Positions 1-8,882 of a stretch of DNA of 64,000 nt are shown piece by piece. Origin of the DNA: an uncultured Solirubrobacterales bacterium (GTDB lineage: Bacteria; Actinomycetota; Thermoleophilia; Solirubrobacterales; Solirubrobacteraceae). Every line of letters begins with the position of its first letter. The stretch's first letter is position 1. The stretch spans positions 2,886,700 through 2,950,699 of the forward strand of contig OY970168.1 of assembly GCA_963706765.1 (NCBI GenBank). Direction: 5' to 3'. The position numbers and the translations under genes were made by a program. A model generated the notes under the pieces. The model saw only the letters and a program-made list of their open reading frames with translations, did not search any database and was not told the DNA's origin.

Positions 1-734
1 GCATGACCTGTGAGCTGCGGCAGCCGGCTCGAGACTGCGTGGGACTCCTCGAGCGAGGCTGTGAGGTTGACGTTCGGTATGTGCTGGGCGACGTACTGGT
101 CGAAGTTGACATCGACTTCGGTTGCGATCGCGATCGCGGTGACGAGCATCACCACGCCCAGAACCCGCTGAAGCGCCGGTCCGCGGCCCGCCCTGCGGAT
201 GCGGTCGAACAGCGCACGGCCGCCGATCACGAGCGCCAGCAGCACCGCTGCGGAGCCGATCGAATAGGCGATCGCGACAATCACGCTGCGCCCGCTGGCG
301 GCCCCGACGGAGATCACCGCGGCGAGGATCGGCCCGGCGCAGGGGGTGTAGACGAAGCCGAGGGCCGCTCCGACGAACAGGCCCGAGACGAAGCCGTCGC
401 CGCGATCACGCGGGCCGAGCGCCGCGAGCCGCGATAGGCGCGCCTCGAGGCGATCCGCGATCCGGGGTACGAGCAGCGCTATGCCGGAGGCGAACAGCAC
501 GGCGACCGCGAGGTAGCGCAGCGGATCGGAGCCGAGGCCGACGCCGCCGACGACGCTTGCGATGCCCACGATCGTGACCGTGAAGGTGACGGTCAGACCG
601 AGCACCACTCCCAGTGGCCGACGCCGTCCGCCGACGCCGCCGGCGGACAGCAGCGCGGGCAGCACCGGCAGCACGCACGGCGAGAGCGCGGTGCCCGCGC
701 CAGCGAGCAGGGCGAAGCCGACGAGGACGATCAT
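1..734 (-). CDS. Cytochrome c biogenesis CcdA/DipZ-family membrane protein (runs off window start)
   Basis: Manual translation: MIVLVGFALLAGAGTALSPCVLPVLP ... GFVYTPCAGPILAAVI, the two conserved PC motifs of DsbD/CcdA transmembrane domains. Not in the ORF track because its 3' end is outside the window. Confidence 0.88.
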   Translation of the reverse strand, partial: MIVLVGFALLAGAGTALSPCVLPVLPALLSAGGVGGRRRPLGVVLGLTVTFTVTIVGIASVVGGVGLGSDPLRYLAVAVLFASGIALLVPRIADRLEARLSRLAALGPRDRGDGFVSGLFVGAALGFVYTPCAGPILAAVISVGAASGRSVIVAIAYSIGSAAVLLALVIGGRALFDRIRRAGRGPALQRVLGVVMLVTAIAIATEVDVNFDQYVAQHIPNVNLTASLEESHAVSSRLPQLTGH

Positions 735-777
735 CGGTTCAAGACACTACGCGCACGGGCGTCCGTCCACGCCACCT

Positions 778-1111
778 GGGCGCGGCTCAACGCCGCACGA
801 CGGGCGCGGCTCAACGCCGCACGACGGGCGCGGCTCAACGCCGCACGACGGGCGCGGCTCAACGCCGCACGACGGGCGCGGCTCAACGCCGCACGACGGG
901 CGCGGCTCAACGCCGCACGACGGGCGCGGCTCAACGCCGCACGACGGGCGCGGCTCAACGCCGCACGACGGGCGCGGCTCAACGCCGCACGACGGGCGCG
1001 GCTCAACGCCGCACGACGGGCGCGGCTCAACGCCGCACGACGGGCGCGGCTCAACGCCGCACGACGGGCGCGGCTCAACGCCGCACCTGGGCGCGGCTCA
1101 ACGCCGCACGA
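778..1111. repeat. Tandem repeat, 24-bp unit GGGCGCGGCTCAACGCCGCACGAC, about 14 copies
   Basis: 12 exact copies (778-1065), one 23-bp variant (1066-1088) and a final copy overlapping the stop codon of the gene at 1098. No spacers. Confidence 0.97.
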
Positions 1112-1247
1112 TCACGTAGACGGTCGCGATCGCGAAGGCGATCTGGCCGAATGCGAGCGCGGTGCCGAGGTTGACCGCGCCTAGCGCCCCCGCGAGTGCG
1201 CTCGCGAGCACGAAGGCGCCGAACATCGTGATCAGATCGCGAGTCAA
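1098..1247 (-). CDS. Small hydrophobic membrane protein (about 49 aa)
   Basis: TTG start 1 nt after the meaB stop; LTRDLITMFGAFVLASALAGALGAVNLGTALAFGQIAFAIATVYVIVRR, two predicted TM segments. Confidence 0.6.
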   Translation of the reverse strand: MTRDLITMFGAFVLASALAGALGAVNLGTALAFGQIAFAIATVYVIVRR

Positions 1248-1248
1248 C

Positions 1249-2238
1249 TCAGACCTCGAGTCTTTGCTGCAGCACCGCCAACAGCGACGCGGAGTCGGCG
1301 CTCGGGTCCTGCTCACCCAGCAGCTCCTGGGCGGCGCGGCGTCCGCCGAGCGCGCGCAGGCCGTGCTCGCCATGCTCGCGGATGAACTCATCGAGCGCGC
1401 TCATGCGCCGCGCTGCGATGCGATGCGCCAAGAATCGCTCGCCGGATGGGGGATCGAGGGCCTGCCAGTGCGCCTGCAGGGCGTCGAGCAGCTCGTCGAT
1501 GCCGCTGGTGGGGCTGAGCGAGGAGACCGCGAGGACACGCGCGCCGCCGTCGCCCGAGCGCGCGACGCCGAGCGAGCGAAGCGCGGCGCTGAGGTCGCGT
1601 TTCGTGTGCATCGCTATCGGGCCGAGATCCGCCTTCGTGACGACGAGCACGTCGGGAACTTCCATGATCCCCGACTTCAAGAACTGCAGCACGTCACCAC
1701 TGCCGGGCTGCACGATCACCGCGACCGTGTCGGCGACCTCGGCGACGTCGGTCTCGGCCTGGCCGACGCCGACGGTCTCGATCACGACGACGTCGAATGC
1801 GGCCGCGAGCGCCTGCGCGGCGGCCCGGGTGGCGGGCGCGAGACCGCCGAGACGCTCGCCCGCTGCGGTCGAGCGGATCAGCACCCCTGCATCGCCGGGA
1901 TCGAACTCGATCCGGGCGCGGTCGCCCAGCAGCGAGCCGCCCGAGCGTCGCGAGCTCGGGTCGACCGCGAGGATCGCGACGGTCTGGCCGCGCGCGCGCC
2001 ATCCGTGCAGCAGCGCGGCGAGCAGCGTCGACTTGCCGGCGCCGGGGGGGCCGGTGACGCCGACGATCTGACCGGGAGCCTCTGCGCCGAGGGCAGCTGG
2101 CGAGAGCGCGCGCACGAGCGCGTCTGCCTGCTCGCGGTCGGAGGCGCTGGTGCTCTCGAGCAGGTTGAGCGCGTCCGGCGCAGCGCTCAGGTCACTGGCG
2201 CGCAGGCGCGCCCCGAGCGCGGCTCCGTGGTCGCTCAC
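1249..2238 (-). CDS. meaB: Methylmalonyl-CoA mutase-associated GTPase MeaB/ArgK
   Basis: GVTGPPGAGKST P-loop, VDPSS, GDRAR, ETVGVGQ and VTKAD motifs; GTG start overlaps the mutase stop. Confidence 0.93.
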   Translation of the reverse strand: MSDHGAALGARLRASDLSAAPDALNLLESTSASDREQADALVRALSPAALGAEAPGQIVGVTGPPGAGKSTLLAALLHGWRARGQTVAILAVDPSSRRSGGSLLGDRARIEFDPGDAGVLIRSTAAGERLGGLAPATRAAAQALAAAFDVVVIETVGVGQAETDVAEVADTVAVIVQPGSGDVLQFLKSGIMEVPDVLVVTKADLGPIAMHTKRDLSAALRSLGVARSGDGGARVLAVSSLSPTSGIDELLDALQAHWQALDPPSGERFLAHRIAARRMSALDEFIREHGEHGLRALGGRRAAQELLGEQDPSADSASLLAVLQQRLEV

Positions 2239-4295
2239 GAGGCGCCGTTGGAAGAGGCGCCGCTGGCGAGGGCGTCGCCGGCGGGCCCGCCGTTCGCGCG
2301 GGCGCCGTCGGCGTTCGCGCTCACGAGCTCGACTATGTCGCTCATGATCTGAGTGATGTCGAAGTCCTTCGGCGTGTAGACGGCAGCGACTCCCGCCTGG
2401 CGCAGCGCAGCGACGTCCTGCTCGGGGATGATCCCGCCCACCACCACGGGGGCGTTGACGCCGGCATCGTGCAGCGCGCCGATCACCGCGGGGATCAGCT
2501 CGCGGTGCGAGCCCGAGAGGATCGACAGGCCGATCACGTGCACGCCCTCCTGGCGCGCCGAGGCGGCGATCTGGGCGGGCGTCAGCCGGATGCCCTCGTA
2601 CACGACATCCATTCCCGAATCGCGCGCCCGTACAGCGATCTGCTCGGCGCCGTTGGAATGCCCGTCGAGCCCAGGCTTGCCGACGAGGATCTTGGGCCTG
2701 CGCCCGAGACGCTCCTGCAGGTCGGCGACCCGCTCGCGCAGCTCCTCGAGCTCGGGGTCGGCCTGCGCGGGGGCTGCCTCGCCGACGCCGGTCGGCGCAC
2801 GGTAGCTGCCGAAGACCTCGCGCAGCGTCTTTGCCCACTCGCCCGTCGTGGCACCCGCGCGGGCGGCAGCGATCGTCGCGATCATCAGGTTCTCGCGCTG
2901 CTCGCCCTCCTGCGCCGCGACCCGTGCGAGCTCGGCGAGCGCCGCGTCGACGGCCGCCTGATCGCGCTCGGCGCGCCAGCGCTGGACGGCCTCGATCTGC
3001 TGCGCTTCGACAGCTGGGTCGACGACCAGGATGCCGCCGTCCGCACCCGCCGTCAGCGGCGAGTCCTCGGTCTCGGCGAAGCGGTTCTGCCCCACCACCG
3101 TCTGCTCGCCGGACTCGATCCGCTGGATCCGGGCGCGGTGGGCATCCACGAGCGCCCCCTTCATGTAGGGGACCGCCTCGATCGCGCCGCCGTACTCCGC
3201 CACGACCGCCATCTCGGCGCGGGCGCCCTGCAGCAGCTCTCGCACGAGCGACTCCATCACGTGCGAGCCCTCGAAGATGTCGGGGTACTCGAGGATGTCG
3301 GTCTCATACGCGAGCACCTGTTGGATCCGCAACGACCACTGCTGATCCCACGGCCGCGGCAGCCCCAGCGCCTCGTTCCAGGCGGGCAGCTGGATCGCAC
3401 GGGCGCGCGCGTCGCGCCCGAGCGTCACCGCGAGCGTCTCGAGCACGATCCGCTGCAGGTTGTTCTCCGGCTGGGCCTCGGTCAGGCCGAGCGAGTTCAC
3501 CTGGACGCCGTAGCGGAAGCGCAGCTGGCGCGCGTCCTCCACGCCATAGCGCTCGCGCCCGAGCTCCTCCCAGAGGATGCTCATCGCGCGCAGCTTCGCG
3601 TGCTCCTCGACGAAGCGCACGCCCGCGTTGACGAAGAACGAGATCCGCCCGAACACTTCGCCCATCCGCTCGGCGGGGACGCGCTCGCGGGCGGCATCGA
3701 GGACGGCGATCGCGTTGCTCATCGCGTAGGCGATCTCCTGCACCGGCGTCGCGCCCGCCTCCTGCAGGTGATAGGAGCAGATGTTGATCGGGTTCCACTT
3801 CGGCACGTGCTCGACCGTGTAGGCGATCATGTCGGCGATCAGGCGCAGCGAGGGCGCGGGGGGAAAGGCGTAGGTGCCGCGCGCGAGGAACTCCTTGAGG
3901 ATGTCGTTCTGTGTCGTGCCCTGAAGCTGCGCCTGCTCTGCGCCCTGCTCCTCGGCGGCGACTATGTACAGCGCCAGCAGCCACGCGGCGGTGGCGTTGA
4001 TCGTCATCGAGGTGTTCATCTCCGCGAGCGGGATGCCCTCCATCAGCGCCGCCATGTCGGCGCGGTGTGCGATCGGCACGCCGACCTTGCCCACCTCTCC
4101 GCGGGCGAGCTCGTCGTCGGGGTCATAGCCGGTCTGGGTCGGCAGGTCGAACGCCACCGACAGCCCGGTCTGGCCCTTGGCGAGATTGCGTTTGTAGAGC
4201 TCGTTCGAGGCCCTCGCCGTCGAGTGCCCGGCGTAGGTCCGCATCATCCAGGGCCGGTCGGGCTCGGGCAGCCTGGGAGGCTGATCGGCGCTCAT
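2235..4295 (-). CDS. ecm: Ethylmalonyl-CoA mutase (MeaA/Ecm, B12-dependent)
   Basis: MRTYAGHS, GLSVAFDLPTQ and B12-binding GKPGLDGHSNG motifs; located next to ccr and meaB. Confidence 0.9.
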   Translation of the reverse strand: MSADQPPRLPEPDRPWMMRTYAGHSTARASNELYKRNLAKGQTGLSVAFDLPTQTGYDPDDELARGEVGKVGVPIAHRADMAALMEGIPLAEMNTSMTINATAAWLLALYIVAAEEQGAEQAQLQGTTQNDILKEFLARGTYAFPPAPSLRLIADMIAYTVEHVPKWNPINICSYHLQEAGATPVQEIAYAMSNAIAVLDAARERVPAERMGEVFGRISFFVNAGVRFVEEHAKLRAMSILWEELGRERYGVEDARQLRFRYGVQVNSLGLTEAQPENNLQRIVLETLAVTLGRDARARAIQLPAWNEALGLPRPWDQQWSLRIQQVLAYETDILEYPDIFEGSHVMESLVRELLQGARAEMAVVAEYGGAIEAVPYMKGALVDAHRARIQRIESGEQTVVGQNRFAETEDSPLTAGADGGILVVDPAVEAQQIEAVQRWRAERDQAAVDAALAELARVAAQEGEQRENLMIATIAAARAGATTGEWAKTLREVFGSYRAPTGVGEAAPAQADPELEELRERVADLQERLGRRPKILVGKPGLDGHSNGAEQIAVRARDSGMDVVYEGIRLTPAQIAASARQEGVHVIGLSILSGSHRELIPAVIGALHDAGVNAPVVVGGIIPEQDVAALRQAGVAAVYTPKDFDITQIMSDIVELVSANADGARANGGPAGDALASGASSNGAS

Positions 4296-4340
4296 ACCCG
4301 GCATTGTACGTGCGGCCTGCTCGCATTATCCTTACCCCGG

Positions 4341-4625
4341 ATGAGCCAGACCGTCGAGCTGCCGCGTGTTGGGCTCCCCGGCACAGGACTCGGGAGCTCG
4401 TGGAAGGTGATCGTCCGCAACGACGATCACAACACCTTCGATCACGTCGCGCGTACGCTCGCGCGATACATCCCCGGCACCACGCTCGAGCGCGGGCACG
4501 AGATCGCCAACGTGATCCACAACAGCGGCAAGGCGATCGTCTACAGCGGCCACCGCGAGCCGGCCGAGCACTACTGGGAGCAGCTGAAGGGTGCCGGCCT
4601 GACGATGGCCCCGCTCGCCCGCTGA
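4341..4625 (+). CDS. clpS: ATP-dependent Clp protease adaptor ClpS
   Basis: WKVIVRNDDHNTFDHV ... IHNSGKAIVYSG, the ClpS signature; it is the 3' end of the long shadow ORF 2469..4625. Confidence 0.88.
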   Translation: MSQTVELPRVGLPGTGLGSSWKVIVRNDDHNTFDHVARTLARYIPGTTLERGHEIANVIHNSGKAIVYSGHREPAEHYWEQLKGAGLTMAPLAR

Positions 4626-4628
4626 GCG

Positions 4629-4700
4629 GCGCGGCGGCGGGCCTTCAGCGCGGCGGCTGGCCTTCAGCGCGGCGGCTGGCCTTCAGCGCGGCGGCGGGCC
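4629..4700. repeat. Tandem repeat, 19-bp unit GCGCGGCGGC(G/T)GGCCTTCA, about 3.8 copies
   Basis: Fills the gap between the convergent stops at 4625 and 4701. Confidence 0.9.
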
Positions 4701-5087
4701 CTAGGTGATGTCGCCGACCGTGGCGCCGTTGCCGTGGCCGTTGCCATGGCCGTTGCCGGCTGTCCTCGGGGGCGTGAGCACGCGGCCGTGGACAGTGCAG
4801 TCCCACCAGCTGTAGAGGACGGGCACCTGGTACCAGCCGGAGTGCTCGACCCTGAACTCGATCATCTCGGGGCCCTCCCAGTAGCGTTCCCAGGAGAGTT
4901 TGGCTTCGAACTCGGCGAGCTGCTGGAAGCGGTAGCGGTCATCGCGTGAGCGATAGACGGCATAGTAGGTCGCGCCGTAGCGCAGCGCGACCGCGGCGAT
5001 CTCGTTCAGGTCCCGCTCGAGGGCGTCGCCGCGAAACCCGGTCGCATACCAGGGGACTATGACCGTGCCGGGTCCTCCTGCCGCCAT
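4701..5087 (-). CDS. Hypothetical protein, translationally coupled to ccr (possible ABM-like fold)
   Basis: ATG overlaps the ccr TGA; aromatic-rich, non-shadow composition (VIVPWYATGFRGD...WERYWEGPEM). Confidence 0.7.
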   Translation of the reverse strand: MAAGGPGTVIVPWYATGFRGDALERDLNEIAAVALRYGATYYAVYRSRDDRYRFQQLAEFEAKLSWERYWEGPEMIEFRVEHSGWYQVPVLYSWWDCTVHGRVLTPPRTAGNGHGNGHGNGATVGDIT

Positions 5088-6343
5088 CAGGCGCCCACCT
5101 CGGCGCGGATCGCGCCGGGGCCCTCGGCGGTCTTGCCGAGCCCCTCGGACTCGGCGCCGACGAGAATCGAGATCTTGCCGAGGTGCTTGTTTTCGAGCAT
5201 CAGCTGGTGGGCGTCGGCGACGCCGTCGAAGCCGAGCGTGCGCCACAGCACCGGCCTGATCTGACCGCTCTCGATCAGTTCGTTGGCCTTCATGCACTCG
5301 TAGGCGTTGGCGAAGTGCGAGCCGAGGATCTCCTTCTGGCGCATCCACAGGTAGGCGACGTTGAAATCGAGGTCGAGCCCGGTGGTGCCCGCGCAGATCA
5401 CGACTTTGCCGAACGTCTTGGCCGTGAACACCGAAGTCGGGAACGTGGCTTTGCCGACGTGCTCGAAGACGATGTCGGGGGCATCGCCGAGGATCTCCTT
5501 GACGCGCTTGGCGAAGGCCCGCGAGACCTTGAAGCGCTCGGCCTCCTCCTGCTCGCTCTCGCCGCCCTTGCGCATCATGCCCGCGAACTCGCCGCGATCG
5601 ATGAAGTCGACGGCGCCGAGGCGCTTGACGAGCTCACCCTTCTCGGGCGAGCTGACCACCCCGACGCAATGCGCACCCGTGGCTGCGCACAGCTGCGTGG
5701 CGAACACGCCGAGCCCGCCCGCGGCGCCCCAGATCAGGACCTTCTGGCCCGCCTGCAGGCGGCAGCGGGTCAGCAGCATCCGGTAGGCGGTGAAGTACAC
5801 GAGGCCGTATGACGCCGCCTCCTCCCAGGTCAGGGAGTGTGGCTTGGGCAGCAGCTGCTGGGCCTGGACCTTGGTGAACTGCGCGAACGAGCCCCAGGTG
5901 GTCTCATAGCCCCAGATCTTCTGCGAGGGAGCTGCCATCGGGTCGAGGCCATGCACCTCGGGGTCCTCGTAGGAGGCCTGGTTGCAGTGCACTACCACCT
6001 CGTCGCCCACCTTCCAGCGCGTCACGCCCGCGCCCACCTTCCACACCACACCCGAGGCATCGGAGCCGCCGATGTGATGGCCGAACTCGGGATGATCTCC
6101 GTACCTCATCACCGAAACCGGCTTGCCGAGCGCAGCCCAGACGTTGTTGTAGTTGACGCCCGCTGCCATCACGCGCACGATCACCTCGAAGGCGCCTGGC
6201 TCGGGGACTTCGATCTCCTCGAGCTGGAAAGCATCCTTGGGCTCGCCGAAGCGCTCCTCGCGGATGACCCATGCCGCCATTGTCGCCGGCAGCTCGCCAG
6301 GCTCGGTGCTCAGCTCGGATACTTGTTGCAGGTCGATTGCCAC
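5087..6343 (-). CDS. ccrA: Crotonyl-CoA carboxylase/reductase
   Basis: MAAGVNYNNVWA, HIGGSDASG, WGYETTWGSFAQF and IWGAAGGLG motifs. Confidence 0.95.
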   Translation of the reverse strand: MAIDLQQVSELSTEPGELPATMAAWVIREERFGEPKDAFQLEEIEVPEPGAFEVIVRVMAAGVNYNNVWAALGKPVSVMRYGDHPEFGHHIGGSDASGVVWKVGAGVTRWKVGDEVVVHCNQASYEDPEVHGLDPMAAPSQKIWGYETTWGSFAQFTKVQAQQLLPKPHSLTWEEAASYGLVYFTAYRMLLTRCRLQAGQKVLIWGAAGGLGVFATQLCAATGAHCVGVVSSPEKGELVKRLGAVDFIDRGEFAGMMRKGGESEQEEAERFKVSRAFAKRVKEILGDAPDIVFEHVGKATFPTSVFTAKTFGKVVICAGTTGLDLDFNVAYLWMRQKEILGSHFANAYECMKANELIESGQIRPVLWRTLGFDGVADAHQLMLENKHLGKISILVGAESEGLGKTAEGPGAIRAEVGA

Positions 6344-6445
6344 GTGCTCTGGACCTCGCGTGTCGGGAACGGGTGCGCCAGCAATCCTACCCACGCCCGC
6401 GAGCCGGCGGACCTGAGGCCGCCGACTGGAGAGGCGTGCGGGGGA

Positions 6446-6483
6446 CCGCGCAGGCGCGTGGGGTGTGGCTCGCGCCTGCGCGG
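6446..6483. terminator. 13-bp GC-rich hairpin downstream of the MFS gene
   Basis: CCGCGCAGGCGCG-N12-CGCGCCTGCGCGG perfect inverted repeat between the MFS stop and the ccr start; no U-tract. Confidence 0.5.
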
Positions 6484-6517
6484 CCGTTGCAGGATCGGCT
6501 CGCCCAGATGCGCCCGC

Positions 6518-8179
6518 TCAGACGTGGATCGGCTCGCCCGCCGGGGCCTGCGCAGCGCCACCCGCGGGCTCGCCGGCGAGCACCGGCTCAGCTGCGTGCG
6601 GGACGGGCCGGCCGTTCTGCAGCGCCTGCGCGCCGTCCGTGCGCCCAGGGCTCGCGGCGTTCGCGTGAATATGCGGGCGCACCAGCGTCCAGGCCAGCAG
6701 CGCGCCCAGCAGCGCGAGCCCGCCGCTCACATACAGCGCGTTGGAGAGCGCATAGACGTAGGTCTGGCTCATCGCCGTCTCCACGACCTTCGGCAGGTGG
6801 CCGGTGCTCGCGCCCGAGCCGAGCGCTTCGACGAGCTTGCCGCGCTGTGCGACGGTCGCATGCGGCAGCAGCGTCGCAAGCCGTCCCCGTCCGAGCGTCG
6901 CGACGATCGCGCCCATCACGCTCACGCCGAGCGTCCCGCCGACCATCCGCACCATCGAGAGGATTCCCGAGGCCACACCCGCCCTGCCGCGGTCGACGGC
7001 ATTCATCGCGGCGGTGCTCATCGGCGACATCACGAGCCCGATTCCGAGGCCCATCGCGACGAAGCTGACGAGCAGATACGCGTAGCTGGAGTGGGTGGTG
7101 ATTCCGGTCATCCAGAACATCGCGAACGACACCAGCAGCAGCCCCGCGGTCATCAACGGCCGCGATCCGACGCGGTCGGCCATCCGTCCAGCGATCGGTC
7201 CGGCGACCATCACGAGGATCGTCGAGGGCAGGAAGCGCAGCCCGGCCTCGATCGGGGAGTAGTGGAGGATGTCCTGCATGTACAGCGCGAGGTAGAAGAA
7301 CATCGCGAACATCGTGAAAGAGACGATCAGCGCGACCACGTTCGCGCCGACGAAACCGCGCGAGCGGAACACCTCGAAGTCCACCATCGGGGCGCGCCTG
7401 CGCCGCTCGATCGCGACGAAGCCGGCGAGCGCCAGCGCGGAGATGCCGAACAGCGCCAGCACGCGCGTGGAGCTCCAGCCCCAGGAGTTGCTCTGCACGA
7501 GTCCCAGCACCAGCGCGCCGAGCGCGATCGTCAGCGCTCCGACGCCCGGGAAGTCGATCTCGCTGGCGGTGCGCTTGGCACTCTCATCGCGAGACTCGCG
7601 GGCGGCGAACAGCGTCACGACTATCGCCAGCGCGGCCACGGGGACGTTGAGGAAGAAGATCGATTGCCAGCTCACGTCCTGCACCAGCACGCCCCCGACA
7701 ACCGGGCCGATCGCGAGCGCCATAGCCGACACGCCCGCCCACGTCCCGATCGCCCGACCGCGCTCGTGGGGGTCGAAGGTGTTGGTGATGATCGAGAGAG
7801 TCGCGGGCATCATGAAGCCCGAGCCGATCCCCTGGATCGCGCGGAACACGACCAGCCAGGTGTCGCTCTGCGCGAGCCCGATCATGAAGCTCGAGGCGCC
7901 GAACACGACCACGCCGAACAGGAACATCCGCCGCCGTCCGAACAGATCGCCGAGCCGCCCGGCAGTCACCAGCAGGACCGCGAACGTGAGCGTGTATGCG
8001 TTGACGGTCCACTCCAGCGAGGACGTCGACGCGTCCAGGCTGCGCTGTATCGACGGCAGCGCGACGTTCACGACCGTGTTGTCGAGCATGATCATGAACA
8101 GCGCGAAGCACATCGCCCCGAGCGTCCACCAGCGGCGGTTCTGCTCGGTGATCTGCGGCAGCGGGATGTACTTGCTCAT
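6518..8179 (-). CDS. MFS transporter, DHA2 (EmrB/QacA) family
   Basis: LDNTVVNVALPSI, GRLGDLFGRRR and GPVVGG motifs; about 14 TM segments. Confidence 0.95.
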   Translation of the reverse strand: MSKYIPLPQITEQNRRWWTLGAMCFALFMIMLDNTVVNVALPSIQRSLDASTSSLEWTVNAYTLTFAVLLVTAGRLGDLFGRRRMFLFGVVVFGASSFMIGLAQSDTWLVVFRAIQGIGSGFMMPATLSIITNTFDPHERGRAIGTWAGVSAMALAIGPVVGGVLVQDVSWQSIFFLNVPVAALAIVVTLFAARESRDESAKRTASEIDFPGVGALTIALGALVLGLVQSNSWGWSSTRVLALFGISALALAGFVAIERRRRAPMVDFEVFRSRGFVGANVVALIVSFTMFAMFFYLALYMQDILHYSPIEAGLRFLPSTILVMVAGPIAGRMADRVGSRPLMTAGLLLVSFAMFWMTGITTHSSYAYLLVSFVAMGLGIGLVMSPMSTAAMNAVDRGRAGVASGILSMVRMVGGTLGVSVMGAIVATLGRGRLATLLPHATVAQRGKLVEALGSGASTGHLPKVVETAMSQTYVYALSNALYVSGGLALLGALLAWTLVRPHIHANAASPGRTDGAQALQNGRPVPHAAEPVLAGEPAGGAAQAPAGEPIHV

Positions 8180-8739
8180 GGTTGGTCCTCCGGATCGTCG
8201 GGTCTGTGGGCGGCGATCTCCTCGTGGCGGTCGAGGATCATCGCGAGCGCCTGTGCGAGCGCCTGTGCCTCGTCGTCTTGCAGCGACCCCATCAACTCCT
8301 GCAGTGCCGACAGCCGCGCTTCGTTGAGCGCCAGCGGGACCATGCGACCGGCGTCGGTCAGCCGCACCCGCTTCATGCGCCTGTCGAGCGGATCCTCCTC
8401 GCGCGCGACGAAGCCGCGCTCGAACAGTCCATCGACCGCCCTGCTCATCGCCGGCAGCGAGACTCCCATCGATTCCGCGAGCGCCTTCACCGAGCGTTCC
8501 TCGCCATCCATCTCGAGCGCGCACAGCGCCTTGATCTGGGTGAACGAGAGGTCGAGCTCGGCGATCGCATTGAAGGTGCCGAGGTTCGCCGATCGCAGCA
8601 GATAGCTGGCGAGCGCATACATGTCGCGGCTGAGCGCATCCCGCTCCCGAGGGCTCGGATGCGCGCCTGCGCCGGCCGTAGAAGGCTCCCCTGCCAGGGG
8701 CGCCGTTGTCGTGTTCTGACCCGAAGAATTTGCTTGCAT
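8176..8739 (-). CDS. MarR family transcriptional regulator
   Basis: LSFTQIKAL ... SLPAMSRAVDGLFERGFVAREEDPLDRRMKRVRLT winged helix; overlaps the MFS start. Confidence 0.93.
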   Translation of the reverse strand: MQANSSGQNTTTAPLAGEPSTAGAGAHPSPRERDALSRDMYALASYLLRSANLGTFNAIAELDLSFTQIKALCALEMDGEERSVKALAESMGVSLPAMSRAVDGLFERGFVAREEDPLDRRMKRVRLTDAGRMVPLALNEARLSALQELMGSLQDDEAQALAQALAMILDRHEEIAAHRPDDPEDQP

Positions 8740-8747
8740 GCACGCAA
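8730..8747. promoter_or_regulatory. Putative MarR autoregulatory operator
   Basis: TTGCTTGCA|TGCACGCAA, an 18-bp palindrome with one mismatched pair, centred on the marR ATG. Confidence 0.6.
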
Positions 8748-8882
8748 CTATATTCCGCAAGCAATCATTGCGCGTGTGAGATACATCACAGAAGCAGCCG
8801 GTCGGAGCGTTGCTGCGTCGCCGCTCCGTCCGCACCTCGCGAGCGCTCCTGATGGCAGGTCTGAGCGCCGGCTATTCGGGCG

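Noticed and set aside
778-1111. CRISPR array
   Set aside because: The units abut with no unique spacers, and no cas genes are in the window.
562-1174. Plus-strand repeat ORFs (GRGSTPHD)n and (GAAQRRTT)n
   Set aside because: They are by-products of a 24-bp repeat lacking stops in those frames, and they overlap real minus-strand genes.
2469-4340. 718-aa plus-strand ORF
   Set aside because: Antisense shadow of ecm; only its last 94 codons (clpS) are real.
5837-8605. 922-aa plus-strand ORF
   Set aside because: Antisense shadow of ccr, the MFS gene and marR; Arg-rich with no motifs.
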